Shown one piece after another: positions 37,516-47,484 of a stretch of DNA of 64,000 nucleotides (the stretch's first letter is position 1; each line of letters opens with the position of its first letter). The notes under the pieces are model-generated. The model did no database searches. It saw nothing but the letters and a program-made list of their open reading frames with translations, and was not told the DNA's origin. This DNA is from a virus: the IMG/VR virus record IMGVR_UViG_3300008107_000017, positions 1-64,000 of that record; one strand, written 5' to 3'. The position numbers were made by a program, and so were the translations under genes.

Positions 37516-37548
37516 AAAAAGCTGACAGGTAAACTGTCGGCTTTTTTT
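37516..37548 (+). terminator. Intrinsic terminator overlapping the middle-type promoter of the gp55 gene
   Basis: aaaaagctgacag-gtaaa-ctgtcggcttttttt. Confidence 0.75.
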
Positions 37549-37575
37549 GCATATAATAAAAAAACAGTTCAGGTT

Positions 37576-37941
37576 ATGCCTAGAAAAAGGAATTACTTAA
37601 ATAATAGAGATCTTTTAGACGAAATACGTAAATCAAAAGAACTCGATGAATTAACACCAAAGGCTTTAGAGTTCTTAATGTTATTAGCAGATAAATGTTC
37701 AACCAAGCTTACATATCGCGATCCTGCTGATAGAGAAGATTGTATAGCATTTGCTTATATGGATCTCTACCGCTATTGGAGAAACTTTAATCCAGATAAA
37801 AGTGAAAATGCATTTGCATATTTTACAGAGATCGCAAAAAGAGGATTTGCAAAAGGTTGGAATAAATTACATCCAAAGAAATATGCAGGAACCGTTTCAA
37901 TAGACGGTAGTTCTGACGGGGAAGGAATTTATACCATTTAG
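37576..37941 (+). CDS. Late-transcription sigma factor (gp55-like)
   Basis: YLNN.DL, Y..NFNP.KS.NAFAYFT motifs. Confidence 0.85.
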   Translation: MPRKRNYLNNRDLLDEIRKSKELDELTPKALEFLMLLADKCSTKLTYRDPADREDCIAFAYMDLYRYWRNFNPDKSENAFAYFTEIAKRGFAKGWNKLHPKKYAGTVSIDGSSDGEGIYTI

Positions 37942-37951
37942 AATAATACCA

Positions 37952-38428
37952 ATGAGTATAAAGAATGTCAAACCTACGGCTAAATCAGGATTTAAACAAG
38001 GTTATTATAAACCACACAATCCTCATAAGTATATAGGACCAGGGCCTATCATATACAGAAGCTCGTGGGAAAGAAAATTCTGTCATTGGTGTGATCATAA
38101 TGAAAATGTAATTAGCTGGGTGTCTGAACCTTTTTCAATAAAATACTTTAATGTTTTGGATAATAAGTTTCATAACTATTATCCAGACTTTTATGTAAAA
38201 ATGAATAAAGAGGGTTTGGTTGAAGAATATGTGGTAGAGATAAAGCCAAAAGAACAATTAAAGAAACCATCTCCACCAAAAAGAAATACCAAAAAAGCAA
38301 TAGATAACTTTAAGTATGCCTATGAAACGTATGTTAGAAATCTTTGCAAAACAGATGCTCTTAATAAAGCTGCAACTCAAAGAAATTTTAAGGTTATGTT
38401 ATTAACCGAAGACTCAAATCTTTTTTAG
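37952..38428 (+). CDS. Head completion nuclease (gp4, TnsA-like)
   Basis: P.NP.KY.G, YRSSWE..F..WCD, W.SE, YYPDF, VEIKP. Confidence 0.88.
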   Translation: MSIKNVKPTAKSGFKQGYYKPHNPHKYIGPGPIIYRSSWERKFCHWCDHNENVISWVSEPFSIKYFNVLDNKFHNYYPDFYVKMNKEGLVEEYVVEIKPKEQLKKPSPPKRNTKKAIDNFKYAYETYVRNLCKTDALNKAATQRNFKVMLLTEDSNLF

Positions 38429-38429
38429 T

Positions 38430-39005
38430 ATGATAATAGGTAGTTTTACAGATGATTTAGATTTATACATTGCTGAGAATAAAGGTCAGTCTAAGGCCTC
38501 TAAAGCATCCTCTAAGGATTTATTATTAATGGGTGTTAAGGGAACTGGCGTTTTAGATCAAGGTAGGATGTATACATTTAGGTATTTTACTGAAGATGAA
38601 ACTTTTTATGATACCTTTCCTATTGTTATAGGATTAGGTGCTGTTCCTGGATCAATGACAAATCAATTAGGAATTAATTTACATTACATTCCTTATGATG
38701 CAAGAATACCTTTTATGGAAGATATCATAAAATCGTTTAGTGGTTTCTTTGAAAGACAATTTAATAATGCTGGAGAAGTTGCAAAACAAACATTTAATAA
38801 AGACTTTACATATGAAGCCGTTAAAAAGTCATTAGGTAGAAAATATAACTTAACATATGCAATTAGGCAATATAGATTAGATCGTATGAAAGATCCAAAG
38901 ATAATTGGTTATGAAGACTGGTACCTTGGTGCTGTTAATGATGATAACTTTTTCTTTGGTGGATCAATTTTACAGGCGCAAGATTTATATTACCAGAATA
39001 TATAA
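38430..39005 (+). CDS. DNA end protector (gp2-like)
   Basis: GRMYTF.Y, YDTFP, GINLHYIP...R motifs. Confidence 0.8.
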   Translation: MIIGSFTDDLDLYIAENKGQSKASKASSKDLLLMGVKGTGVLDQGRMYTFRYFTEDETFYDTFPIVIGLGAVPGSMTNQLGINLHYIPYDARIPFMEDIIKSFSGFFERQFNNAGEVAKQTFNKDFTYEAVKKSLGRKYNLTYAIRQYRLDRMKDPKIIGYEDWYLGAVNDDNFFFGGSILQAQDLYYQNI

Positions 39006-39023
39006 AACAATAAATGATAAAAC

Positions 39024-40673
39024 ATGGCAGGATTTACAAATAGAAGAGGTCCTCTTACAGACTCCAATCCAGTAAGAAAGATTCTAAAAGATCTTTCTAA
39101 CCTTGGGATGGCATATGATGATATGATCATTCGTAATTCCAGAGCAATCGGTTTTACCGAAAATGCAATGGGTTATACAATGAATCCAATGGGATCCGAT
39201 GCAGATGATATGTATGCTGCATTTGCTGCCTTATCATTAACCGATACGAGTCTTAAAAAGAACATCTCATTCTTTGATAGAGATTATGAAAAGAAGAGAG
39301 ATCAATTAAGAACCTTTGCGGTACAAGATGAAATTGAAGATATCCTTGATGTAGTTACCGATGAGGCAATAGTATTTGATAAGAGTAACTATTTTGCTTA
39401 TGCAGAATTTAACGGAGAAATAAGTAATTCTATTGAAGAAGAAATTGGAGATATCTATAATAACATTTACAATTATTTTGGGTTTAATGATGCTATCCAA
39501 CCTTGGAACTATTTTAGAAAATGGTTGGTTGATGGATATCTTGCATTTGAAATTGTTTATAATGATAAGCAAACCGAAATCATAGGCTTTAAAGAACTAG
39601 ATCCTATTTCTTTAATGCCAGGTTTAGATACTGAAACTGGAAAGAAAATGTGGGTTCAGTATAAAGGTGGCGGATCTAAGGAAAGAAAGCTTTGGGATTC
39701 TCAAATTCTTTATCTTTCATATTCACAAGTTAATTCACCACAGAGAATCTCTTATGTTGAGAGACTTATCCGCTCTTTTAACCTTTTAAGAATTATGGAA
39801 ACTACCAGAATTATCTGGGCTGTTTCTAATGCTTCGTTTAAGACACAGTTTATTATTCCGGTCGGTGGAAAATCTAAAACGAGGGCAAAACAATCCCTTG
39901 CCCAATTAATGAATTCTTATCGTGAAGTAGTAGACTTCAATTATGAAAGTGGAGAAATTCAAACAAACGGAAAACCAATGATGCCTTTTAATAAGGAATA
40001 CTGGTTACCTTCTAAAGATGGCGAACAACCTGAGATTAGTACAATCGGAGGAGATGGTCCTGATTTAGGAGACACCGAATCATTAAAATACTTTGCTGAT
40101 AAACTTAAACTTGCCTCAAAAATTCCATTCTCACGTTTCGATAAAGAAGGTGGTAATACCTACGATATGGATGCAAGTGGTATGTTAAGAGATGAAATTA
40201 AGTTTTCTAAATTTATTGATCGCTTAAGATCAATTTTCCAGGAAATCTTAATCAAACCTGTTTATCTTCAAATGTGTCTTAACCATCCAGAACTTAAAAA
40301 TGATATTGCATTTAAGGCTGGATTGGCATTAAGGTATATGAAGGACAACGTATTTGAAGAAATGAAAGAAATGGAACTTCAAACCAAGAGAGTAGACTTT
40401 ATTGGTAATATGAAGACCCAATTAAGTATAATGGATGAAAATATGACCGAAATACCGTATTTTGACTTAGGATGGTTAATTAAGAGGTATGGAGGATTTA
40501 CACAAGATGACCTTAAAGCCAATCAACGTGCTAAGGATAGATCTGATCTAAAGGCCCAAGGTTACACTGAGGAAGATATTGAAAAGATTCTTTTAGGCGC
40601 CGATAAGAAACTTTTTAAGCCAGAAAAGCCTGCAGGCGGTATTGAAGAAGATCCATTGGCGGGTTTAGGATAA
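39024..40673 (+). CDS. Portal protein (gp20)
   Basis: FRKWLVDG, LRIME...IIW, YWLP...G, EISTIGG, KIPFSRF, RDEIKFSKFI.RLR..F. Confidence 0.92.
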   Translation: MAGFTNRRGPLTDSNPVRKILKDLSNLGMAYDDMIIRNSRAIGFTENAMGYTMNPMGSDADDMYAAFAALSLTDTSLKKNISFFDRDYEKKRDQLRTFAVQDEIEDILDVVTDEAIVFDKSNYFAYAEFNGEISNSIEEEIGDIYNNIYNYFGFNDAIQPWNYFRKWLVDGYLAFEIVYNDKQTEIIGFKELDPISLMPGLDTETGKKMWVQYKGGGSKERKLWDSQILYLSYSQVNSPQRISYVERLIRSFNLLRIMETTRIIWAVSNASFKTQFIIPVGGKSKTRAKQSLAQLMNSYREVVDFNYESGEIQTNGKPMMPFNKEYWLPSKDGEQPEISTIGGDGPDLGDTESLKYFADKLKLASKIPFSRFDKEGGNTYDMDASGMLRDEIKFSKFIDRLRSIFQEILIKPVYLQMCLNHPELKNDIAFKAGLALRYMKDNVFEEMKEMELQTKRVDFIGNMKTQLSIMDENMTEIPYFDLGWLIKRYGGFTQDDLKANQRAKDRSDLKAQGYTEEDIEKILLGADKKLFKPEKPAGGIEEDPLAGLG

Positions 40674-40718
40674 AAACTTTATAAGTTGATAATATATAAA
40701 TCAAATAACAAGTAGAAG

Positions 40719-42449
40719 ATGTCAGGAAAAAAACTATTAATTCTTGAGAGATCACAGTCTAATTTATCATTTAAGACAGATGATGATGGCGCCGTCGTAT
40801 TAGAAGGCGTTTTTACTGAGTTCGGTGTTCGTAATAAGAATAACAGAATTTATGAGGAAAAGGAAGTTTTACCTCATATTAATGAACTCCAAGAAAAGGT
40901 AAAGACAAACAAACTTTTAGGTGAATTAGACCACCCAAAAGATTTTGATATTAGTCTCTCTAACGTATCCCATGTAATAGAATCTTTAAAGTACGATTCC
41001 GAAAACAAACAAGTTGTTGGAAGAGTTCGTTTATTAAATACTACAAAGGGTAAAGAAGCACAGGCTTTAATTAAGGACGGTATTCCTCTTCATATTTCAA
41101 GTCGTGCCGCTGGAACTGTTGATGAAAACGGTAAAGTAAAGATTAAGAAGTTTTTTACATATGACCTAGTTGCAGATCCTGGATTTGAAAATGCAGAATT
41201 ATCAAGGGTTAACGAATCTTACGGATTTGATGCCGACCCTACTTTATTCATTTATGAAATGGAAGAAACTAAAAATACAGAAGATAAAAAAGAACCAACA
41301 ATGGAAAATCAAAATTTTGTAACCGTTGAGGATTTTCAAAAATACACCGAATATGTTCAAGGCGTATTAAATAATGTAAAAGAATCCGCAAATTCAGACA
41401 ATACTGAAATCGTTGAAAAACTTATTAAGTACAGTGAACATATTGGAGAAAAGGTAAATCAGTTAAGCGATTATGCCGAGTATCTTTCTGAAAACCTTGA
41501 TAAGAGTATTTCTTATTCTGACTATCTAGCTGAAAATGTAGATAAGATTAAGAATTATACGACATACCTTGCTGAAGAATTGGATAACTCAATTCAATAT
41601 GCTGAACATGTTGCTGAAAAAGCTGATAAGGGAATTCAATATGCAAACTATTTAGGAGAGAACCTTGAAAAAGGAATTGAGTATTCCGAATATGTTGCTG
41701 AAAAGGTTGATCAAAACATTGCATACTCTGAACACCTTGCTGAAGGTTTAAGAAAGAGTATTAAATATGCTGAATACATTGCAGAAAATGTAAACACGGT
41801 TGAAGGTTCTGCTATTAATGAATCCGAAGTATCTGAAGAAGCTACTTGTGAAAAATGCGGTGAAGTTCATGAAGGATCTTGTGGATCTAAGAATGAAGAA
41901 AAAGAATCCGATAAGAAAGAATATAAAGATTCAATAGAAGAAGCCTTAAATAAATTAATTGCAAAGGCTGAAGCCAAAACTAAGGTTGTTACTGAAATGC
42001 ATTTTATGAACTTCCTTTCTGAATCTAAGAAAAATGAATTTAATTCACTTTCTGAAGAAAAGCAGAAAATGATTGTTGAATCAATGAATGCTAAACCAAT
42101 TATGTCAACTGTTCAGGCTGAAAATATATGGGAATCTTCATTTATTGAAAAGAAGAGAGAATTGAATTTTATTGCTGATATGCCTGAGAAATTCTCTGCT
42201 AAATGGGAAGCTTTATCAGAATCTCGTAAGAATCAAATTATTGCAGAATCTAAGTTCTATACCTTAACTACTCCTTACGCCATTAATAACTTCTGGGGAA
42301 CCAGAGATCTAAGACCATCTCAAATGGAATTAGAACAAATTAATGAAAGTAAAACAGCTGCTGAGGCCGCTGCACCTAAGGAGCCTTTAGTAAATGAATC
42401 TTTTGCTAATGACCTAGTTAATAGAGTAAAATTCAACTTAGGACGATAA
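40719..42449 (+). CDS. Prohead protease (gp21) fused to a scaffold-like repeat domain
   Basis: N.NNRIY, LGELDHP, VSH, ISSRAAG, YDLVADP protease motifs followed by 14-aa helical repeats. Confidence 0.88.
   Translation: MSGKKLLILERSQSNLSFKTDDDGAVVLEGVFTEFGVRNKNNRIYEEKEVLPHINELQEKVKTNKLLGELDHPKDFDISLSNVSHVIESLKYDSENKQVVGRVRLLNTTKGKEAQALIKDGIPLHISSRAAGTVDENGKVKIKKFFTYDLVADPGFENAELSRVNESYGFDADPTLFIYEMEETKNTEDKKEPTMENQNFVTVEDFQKYTEYVQGVLNNVKESANSDNTEIVEKLIKYSEHIGEKVNQLSDYAEYLSENLDKSISYSDYLAENVDKIKNYTTYLAEELDNSIQYAEHVAEKADKGIQYANYLGENLEKGIEYSEYVAEKVDQNIAYSEHLAEGLRKSIKYAEYIAENVNTVEGSAINESEVSEEATCEKCGEVHEGSCGSKNEEKESDKKEYKDSIEEALNKLIAKAEAKTKVVTEMHFMNFLSESKKNEFNSLSEEKQKMIVESMNAKPIMSTVQAENIWESSFIEKKRELNFIADMPEKFSAKWEALSESRKNQIIAESKFYTLTTPYAINNFWGTRDLRPSQMELEQINESKTAAEAAAPKEPLVNESFANDLVNRVKFNLGR
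41430..41807 (+). repeat. Nine 14-aa (42-nt) coding repeats, consensus Y(A/S)E(Y/H)(L/V)AE..DK.I.
   Basis: Read directly from the translation of 40719..42449. Confidence 0.85.
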
Positions 42450-42532
42450 TATATAAAAAATATAATCTAATAGCTAAGAAGCAAAGAGCTACAGATTGAT
42501 TAATAAAAACAAATAAAAAAACAAAAAACAAA

Positions 42533-44248
42533 ATGTACGCAAATCATTTAATTAATGAGGCTGAAGTACAAAAGACGTGGGCACCTATCATTGAGGAGGC
42601 TACTGGTATCACTGAGAAGTCTAAGTTATCTTGGATGTCTAAGTATTGCCATTACCATAACCTTAATGAAAGTGTTTACAATACTGTACACCTCAATCCA
42701 AACATGAACGTTCAATCAATGGGCGCTCCTACTTTCCCTGGAGATCCTACTACATTGAACGCTTTCTATTCTCAGGCCCCAGGTTCTGGTGATAGACCAT
42801 TCTCTTTGTTGCCACTTGCTATGCAAGTAGCTGCTCAGACTGTAGGTCTTGATCTTGTACCTGTAGTTCCTATGCAAGGTCCTATGGGAGTTCTTACTTA
42901 CCTAGACTTTGTATATGGTGGTGGTCGTGTAACTACTGCTGGTGGTATTAACGGTAACTCTGCTCCTTTAATGATCAAAGTTCCTTTAACTATCGCTACT
43001 GGTGGTGACTTAGCAGTTAACGATCTTCTTTACGTTGGTACTGGTAGCTTCGGTGCATACGAATTAACTTTCGTTGGTAAGTCTCGTATCGATGGTTATC
43101 CTATTTTCCGCGTAAGAGGTAAAGGAACTGACCAAGCTCAAGGTGCTGATCCTTTTGCACAAGGTGAAGAAGGTTATCAGCCAATCTATACTGCAATCAC
43201 TGCAGCTACTGATGGTTATTCTGATGATCCTCTAACTGTAGTTCGTGTTAACTTTGACGGAGCTCCTGAATTAGTTAAAGCTTTAGAAGACCACATCGTT
43301 GGTTTCTCTGGTAATGCATTCGCTGAGAACAACCCTGCTACAGGTGTTCCTTCTTTCGCTGAATCTATTAACAGTACTGATCCTTATCAAAGAGGAGATG
43401 GAGAATCTACTCCAGATAACATCATGGGTCTATCATTGTTCAACAAATCAGTTGCCGCTAAAACTTATCAAGTTGCTGCCGCTGTAACTCGCGAACAAGT
43501 ACAAGATCTTAAGCAATTCGGTATCGATGCAGTTGCTCAAGTAGAAGCTGTATTGGTTAATGAATTAACTCAATCTATCAACAAGTATATCTTGGATAGA
43601 ATCTTCAAGAATGGCGTAACTAACGCTTACCAAGTATCTCAAGTAGACGCTACTGTTCTTTCAGCTGCATTTACTACTGGTGCTACCGGTGCTGTTACTA
43701 TTCCTCTTGGAACTGACAATACTGGCGTTAACCGCTCTGTAACTGTTACTTCTGTATCAGTTGGTGGTGGTGGCGAAACTCAAGGTACATTGCAACGTAG
43801 AATCCTTACTAAGGTTCTTGCTGCTTCTAACTTGATCGCTACTCGTGGCCGTAGAGGACCTGCTACTTTCGCTGTAACTGGCGGTAAGATGGCATCTGCT
43901 CTTCAGGACATCGCTGGATTCGTTGCTTATCCTCTTTCTAACACAGTTAACCAAGCTGGTGGTTCTCTTTACCCAATCGGAGCTATCGCAGGTGTTACTG
44001 TTTATGTAGATCCAAACAGAGACTTTAACGATGTTAAGATCGCTGTAGGTCGTAAAGGTGATGGTAACTCTCCTGGTTTAGTATTCATGCCTTACTTAAT
44101 GGCTGAATCTGTTGAGACAATCGCAGAAGGAACTATGGCTCCTAAAATCGCGGTTAAATCTAGATTCGACTTAGTAGACGCTGGATTCCACCCACAAACT
44201 ATGTACTATGTATTGAACTTCAACTTCAACGGAGTTGATATTATCTAA
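42533..44248 (+). CDS. Major capsid protein (gp23)
   Basis: W.P.IE, DLVPVVPM.GP.G, V.AKT, EQVQDL, VYVDP, FMPY, PKIAVKSRF; strongly biased high-expression codon use. Confidence 0.93.
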   Translation: MYANHLINEAEVQKTWAPIIEEATGITEKSKLSWMSKYCHYHNLNESVYNTVHLNPNMNVQSMGAPTFPGDPTTLNAFYSQAPGSGDRPFSLLPLAMQVAAQTVGLDLVPVVPMQGPMGVLTYLDFVYGGGRVTTAGGINGNSAPLMIKVPLTIATGGDLAVNDLLYVGTGSFGAYELTFVGKSRIDGYPIFRVRGKGTDQAQGADPFAQGEEGYQPIYTAITAATDGYSDDPLTVVRVNFDGAPELVKALEDHIVGFSGNAFAENNPATGVPSFAESINSTDPYQRGDGESTPDNIMGLSLFNKSVAAKTYQVAAAVTREQVQDLKQFGIDAVAQVEAVLVNELTQSINKYILDRIFKNGVTNAYQVSQVDATVLSAAFTTGATGAVTIPLGTDNTGVNRSVTVTSVSVGGGGETQGTLQRRILTKVLAASNLIATRGRRGPATFAVTGGKMASALQDIAGFVAYPLSNTVNQAGGSLYPIGAIAGVTVYVDPNRDFNDVKIAVGRKGDGNSPGLVFMPYLMAESVETIAEGTMAPKIAVKSRFDLVDAGFHPQTMYYVLNFNFNGVDII

Positions 44249-44270
44249 TCAATAGTAATCATACTGTTTG

Positions 44271-44302
44271 AAAAGGTCCGCTTCGGCGGACCTTTTTTTT
44301 TT
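44271..44302 (+). terminator. Intrinsic terminator with C(UUCG)G tetraloop
   Basis: aaaaggtccgc-ttcg-gcggacc followed by T10. Confidence 0.92.
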
Positions 44303-44329
44303 CTTAATATATAAAACAAAAATAACAAT

Positions 44330-44578
44330 ATGTCACAAGGAGTTTACCGCGCAGCTGTTCTTTATAATTTTAGCCAAGATAAATACATTGCAATAGATCC
44401 TGGCACCATTGGTGGTGATCCTTCGGCGGTTACTTGGACATGGGTTACGAATCCTAATGGTGCTACTAAATGGGTTAACATCGTGGAACTTCAATACTAT
44501 TTAACTGATACACCTATTGGTGATCCTACTATAAATGCATACCCTTGGGAAATCCAATGGCTATACTTTGCAGCATAA
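44330..44578 (+). CDS. Small late protein (single copy of the domain repeated in the next gene); candidate capsid decoration protein
   Basis: Own late promoter; RAAVLY...Y...AT.W....W.IQ..YF pattern. Confidence 0.65.
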   Translation: MSQGVYRAAVLYNFSQDKYIAIDPGTIGGDPSAVTWTWVTNPNGATKWVNIVELQYYLTDTPIGDPTINAYPWEIQWLYFAA

Positions 44579-44630
44579 TCCTCTTTAAAATTTTTACTCC
44601 TAAAAGATATATAAAAATAAAAATTAGATT

Positions 44631-45746
44631 ATGGCAGTAAATAGAGCAGCCGTTATAAAAGCAAAAGACGCTGGAAGATGGCTTAAAGTAGACAATACCG
44701 TATTAGGTGTTAGGGGTGATACTGTTGAAATTGCTGATAACGCAACAAGATACACAAATCTTAATACACTCGATGCACAGATACCTTCTACATACTGGTA
44801 TCCTAACCAATGGGGTGATGAATCAAAGACACTTTTTGATGCAGCAAATGGATATGAAATTAAGGATAAGTTCTTTTCTGATCCGGTTGGATCTACTTCA
44901 TTTGGGGCTGCACCCACACCGAATGTTGCAGGTGGTGCAAAATCATCAAATACATTAGATAGAACAGCTATCCTATATTCATTTGATCTAGGCGCCTACA
45001 TTTATGTGATAAATCCTGGTGCTGCTCCAGCATCCTGGGAAGTTTACCTTGTTTCTAATGAAAATCAGGCAACTAGGTTTGATGATCTTCTTGATGTAGC
45101 TACATGGTTAAATGCCACATCTTATGGCAATGTCCCTTTTGGTTATGGTATTCAACAATATACATTTACTAAAGCACCACAAACCCCATTTTATTCTATA
45201 GGTAACTGGCCTACTACTGCAACCAAAACAATTGTTAGATCATATGTTCCATACTCTAATCAGGAAGGCGCATATCTTCGTGTTGAGGATACCGGTGTTC
45301 CTATTCCTAATATGACATTATCTTATGTTCCAAATGCATGGGAAGGCACTAGATTTGTAAACACTAATGACATTAAAGCCATTATAGATGGAAGACCTGA
45401 TTTCTTTGGCACAACCACTAAAGCAGGTTGGGAACTCCCACAGTTTTTCTTTACTCAGACCGTAAAAACACCTAGCGATAGTAATTTTAAGCAATTCTTT
45501 GACGGTTCGAATCCTTGTGGGGTAACTGATAATAGATACGGAAGTACCCTTGACTGGTTTAATGCATTAGCACAACAATACTGCTTTGACTTTCAAGCAT
45601 TCTATTCCACTATAGTTGATGGTATATTCCAGGACTCTAGCGTTTGGGTTGATTATAAATGTTTTCTTAACTGGTGGGATGCTCAAGATCATGCTGCATT
45701 CCAAGACTGGTTATACAATGACATCTGGTCACCAGTTATGTGTTAA
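44631..45746 (+). CDS. Late protein with three tandem homologous domains; candidate decoration/outer capsid protein
   Basis: Three repeats (RAAVI../RTAIL../KTIVR.. ... ATR(Y/F) ... (Y/W)xI/L...FF). Confidence 0.65.
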   Translation: MAVNRAAVIKAKDAGRWLKVDNTVLGVRGDTVEIADNATRYTNLNTLDAQIPSTYWYPNQWGDESKTLFDAANGYEIKDKFFSDPVGSTSFGAAPTPNVAGGAKSSNTLDRTAILYSFDLGAYIYVINPGAAPASWEVYLVSNENQATRFDDLLDVATWLNATSYGNVPFGYGIQQYTFTKAPQTPFYSIGNWPTTATKTIVRSYVPYSNQEGAYLRVEDTGVPIPNMTLSYVPNAWEGTRFVNTNDIKAIIDGRPDFFGTTTKAGWELPQFFFTQTVKTPSDSNFKQFFDGSNPCGVTDNRYGSTLDWFNALAQQYCFDFQAFYSTIVDGIFQDSSVWVDYKCFLNWWDAQDHAAFQDWLYNDIWSPVMC

Positions 45747-45768
45747 TAATCGTAAAATTAAATACTCT

Positions 45769-45797
45769 AAAGGTTCGCTTCGGCGAACCTTTTTTTT
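45769..45797 (+). terminator. Intrinsic terminator with C(UUCG)G tetraloop
   Basis: aaaggttcgc-ttcg-gcgaacc followed by T8. Confidence 0.9.
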
Positions 45798-45810
45798 GCT
45801 CTAGACCCTG

Positions 45811-45820
45811 GAATATATAA
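45811..45820 (+). promoter_or_regulatory. Putative gp55-dependent late promoter RATA(T/A)ATA (representative copy)
   Basis: GAATATATAA or close variants precede most structural genes (about 35640, 38996, 40690, 42447, 44306, 44607, 52121, 54539, 57246, 60514, 61158, 62914). Confidence 0.7.
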
Positions 45821-45842
45821 ATTACTAAAAAAATAATAAGAA

Positions 45843-47000
45843 ATGAAAGAACTTGTCAATTTTGAACATTTTAGAATAATTAAGGAAGCTGAGACTAGAT
45901 TAGAGGCTCATCTTGACCGCGTGGTTGAACAGGCTATTAATGAAGCTGCGCCTAAACCTGCACAAACTAGAGCAGGTGCCCTTTTTCAAAATCCTGTTAA
46001 ATTTTTAAAGATTAAGAACAATGCAAAGAAGTACCAACAAGCATTGGTACAAAAGGCTCTTAATAATGTAGACTATGAAAAGAAAATACAGGCATCTGGT
46101 GGAGAAGTAGATGCAGATAAAAAGGAGGTTCTTAGACAGGCTAATGCTGCAAAGAACCAGGCACTTACCGATAAGGCCAGCGCTATTTCTGACCGTATGA
46201 CTACTCTTGCAACGAGTCCAGGTTTACAGGCCGTTAAATCTCTTGCTATGTCAAAGGCTAAAGTTGCCGCTGCTGAAACTGCTCTTAAAGCTGCTGATGC
46301 CGAAGAAACTAAACAACTTAAGATCCAAATAAAGAAACTTAATGCACAAGCTGCTAAGGCAGAGCAAGATATTAAGGATTATGAAAAGGCCGAAGAACCT
46401 AAAGCAGAAGAACCACAGGCTCAAGAGCAACCACAGCAGCAAGAAATGCCTAAAGTAAAGGATAATAAACCTGCAGCTGAGACTAAGCCCGAAGGAGAGA
46501 CTAAGCCCGAAGGCGAGGATAATACTGAAAAGATAAACGTTATAGATTCTAAGATCAATAAATTAAAGGCAGATAAACAGTCTAAAGAAGATTCGCTTGG
46601 ATCTAAAAAACACCCTGATGTTTTAGCTATTGAAAGACAGATTAAAGCAGAAGAATTAGAAAAAGCAAAATTAGGAGGTAATTCTGATGACATTGCCGCT
46701 GCACAATCTGCTCTTAATGTTGCACAGGATGATCTAAAGGCTGCTGTTGCAACCGAGGAGGATCCTCTTGATAAAGAAATAGCAGATCAGGAAGATAAGA
46801 TAGCTGCAATTAAGAATAAAGCAAAGGATAAAAATAGTCCTCTTGCAAGTCCTGAAGTTTTAGCAAAGGCTCTTGAACCAGAAGAAAATAAACTAAAGGA
46901 TCTTAAAGATAAGAAGGCAGGTAAAAATGAATCTGCTGGTTATATTGGTGAATCTTTTACTGATAAATTTAGAAGATTAAGTAAAAATGTAAATGTATAA
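45843..47000 (+). CDS. Lys/Ala/Glu-rich coiled-coil protein, candidate internal head protein
   Basis: N-terminal MKELVNFEHFRIIKE; INE and NES motifs; late promoter at 45811. Confidence 0.6.
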   Translation: MKELVNFEHFRIIKEAETRLEAHLDRVVEQAINEAAPKPAQTRAGALFQNPVKFLKIKNNAKKYQQALVQKALNNVDYEKKIQASGGEVDADKKEVLRQANAAKNQALTDKASAISDRMTTLATSPGLQAVKSLAMSKAKVAAAETALKAADAEETKQLKIQIKKLNAQAAKAEQDIKDYEKAEEPKAEEPQAQEQPQQQEMPKVKDNKPAAETKPEGETKPEGEDNTEKINVIDSKINKLKADKQSKEDSLGSKKHPDVLAIERQIKAEELEKAKLGGNSDDIAAAQSALNVAQDDLKAAVATEEDPLDKEIADQEDKIAAIKNKAKDKNSPLASPEVLAKALEPEENKLKDLKDKKAGKNESAGYIGESFTDKFRRLSKNVNV

Positions 47001-47484
47001 AGTTCGTAAAATAAACTTTGGATGGTATAGAAGGCGGCATGGTATTCTTTTGGAGAACCTGCCGCCTTCAAAGCAACGATTTATGGCAGAGAATGACTAC
47101 CTTAAGTGGTTAGATCCAGACCCGCAAACATATGAAATCATTTTTAAGGTTGAGGATATGAATGACCATGAAAAGAATCCTAATAAGATTCTTTGGAATC
47201 CCTTTAGAGAAACCTTTACCACAATAAAGGAAGTAGAATCAGACTCAAATGTTATAGACTGGAACTGTGCAATCTGTTCTGTAGAGATTAAGGCAAGAAT
47301 GGATTCAAAGAAGATTGAAAACTTTGTATGTAGCAAATGTTCTGAGGCTCATAACTCACGGAATAAAAGGGTTGATCAACGAGTAATAGATTCATCTGTT
47401 AACTTTACTAAACACTGTAAATCTCTTCTAAAAGGTGAACAAAGGGAGTTTATCACACATATTAGAAGATCATTTAAAAGTTAA
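46993..47484 (+). CDS. Hypothetical Zn-finger protein
   Basis: CAIC...CSKC. Confidence 0.6.
   Translation: MYKVRKINFGWYRRRHGILLENLPPSKQRFMAENDYLKWLDPDPQTYEIIFKVEDMNDHEKNPNKILWNPFRETFTTIKEVESDSNVIDWNCAICSVEIKARMDSKKIENFVCSKCSEAHNSRNKRVDQRVIDSSVNFTKHCKSLLKGEQREFITHIRRSFKS

Noticed and set aside
46479-46513. 18-nt tandem duplication (ETKPEG twice)
   Set aside because: A simple low-complexity linker expansion inside a coding region.
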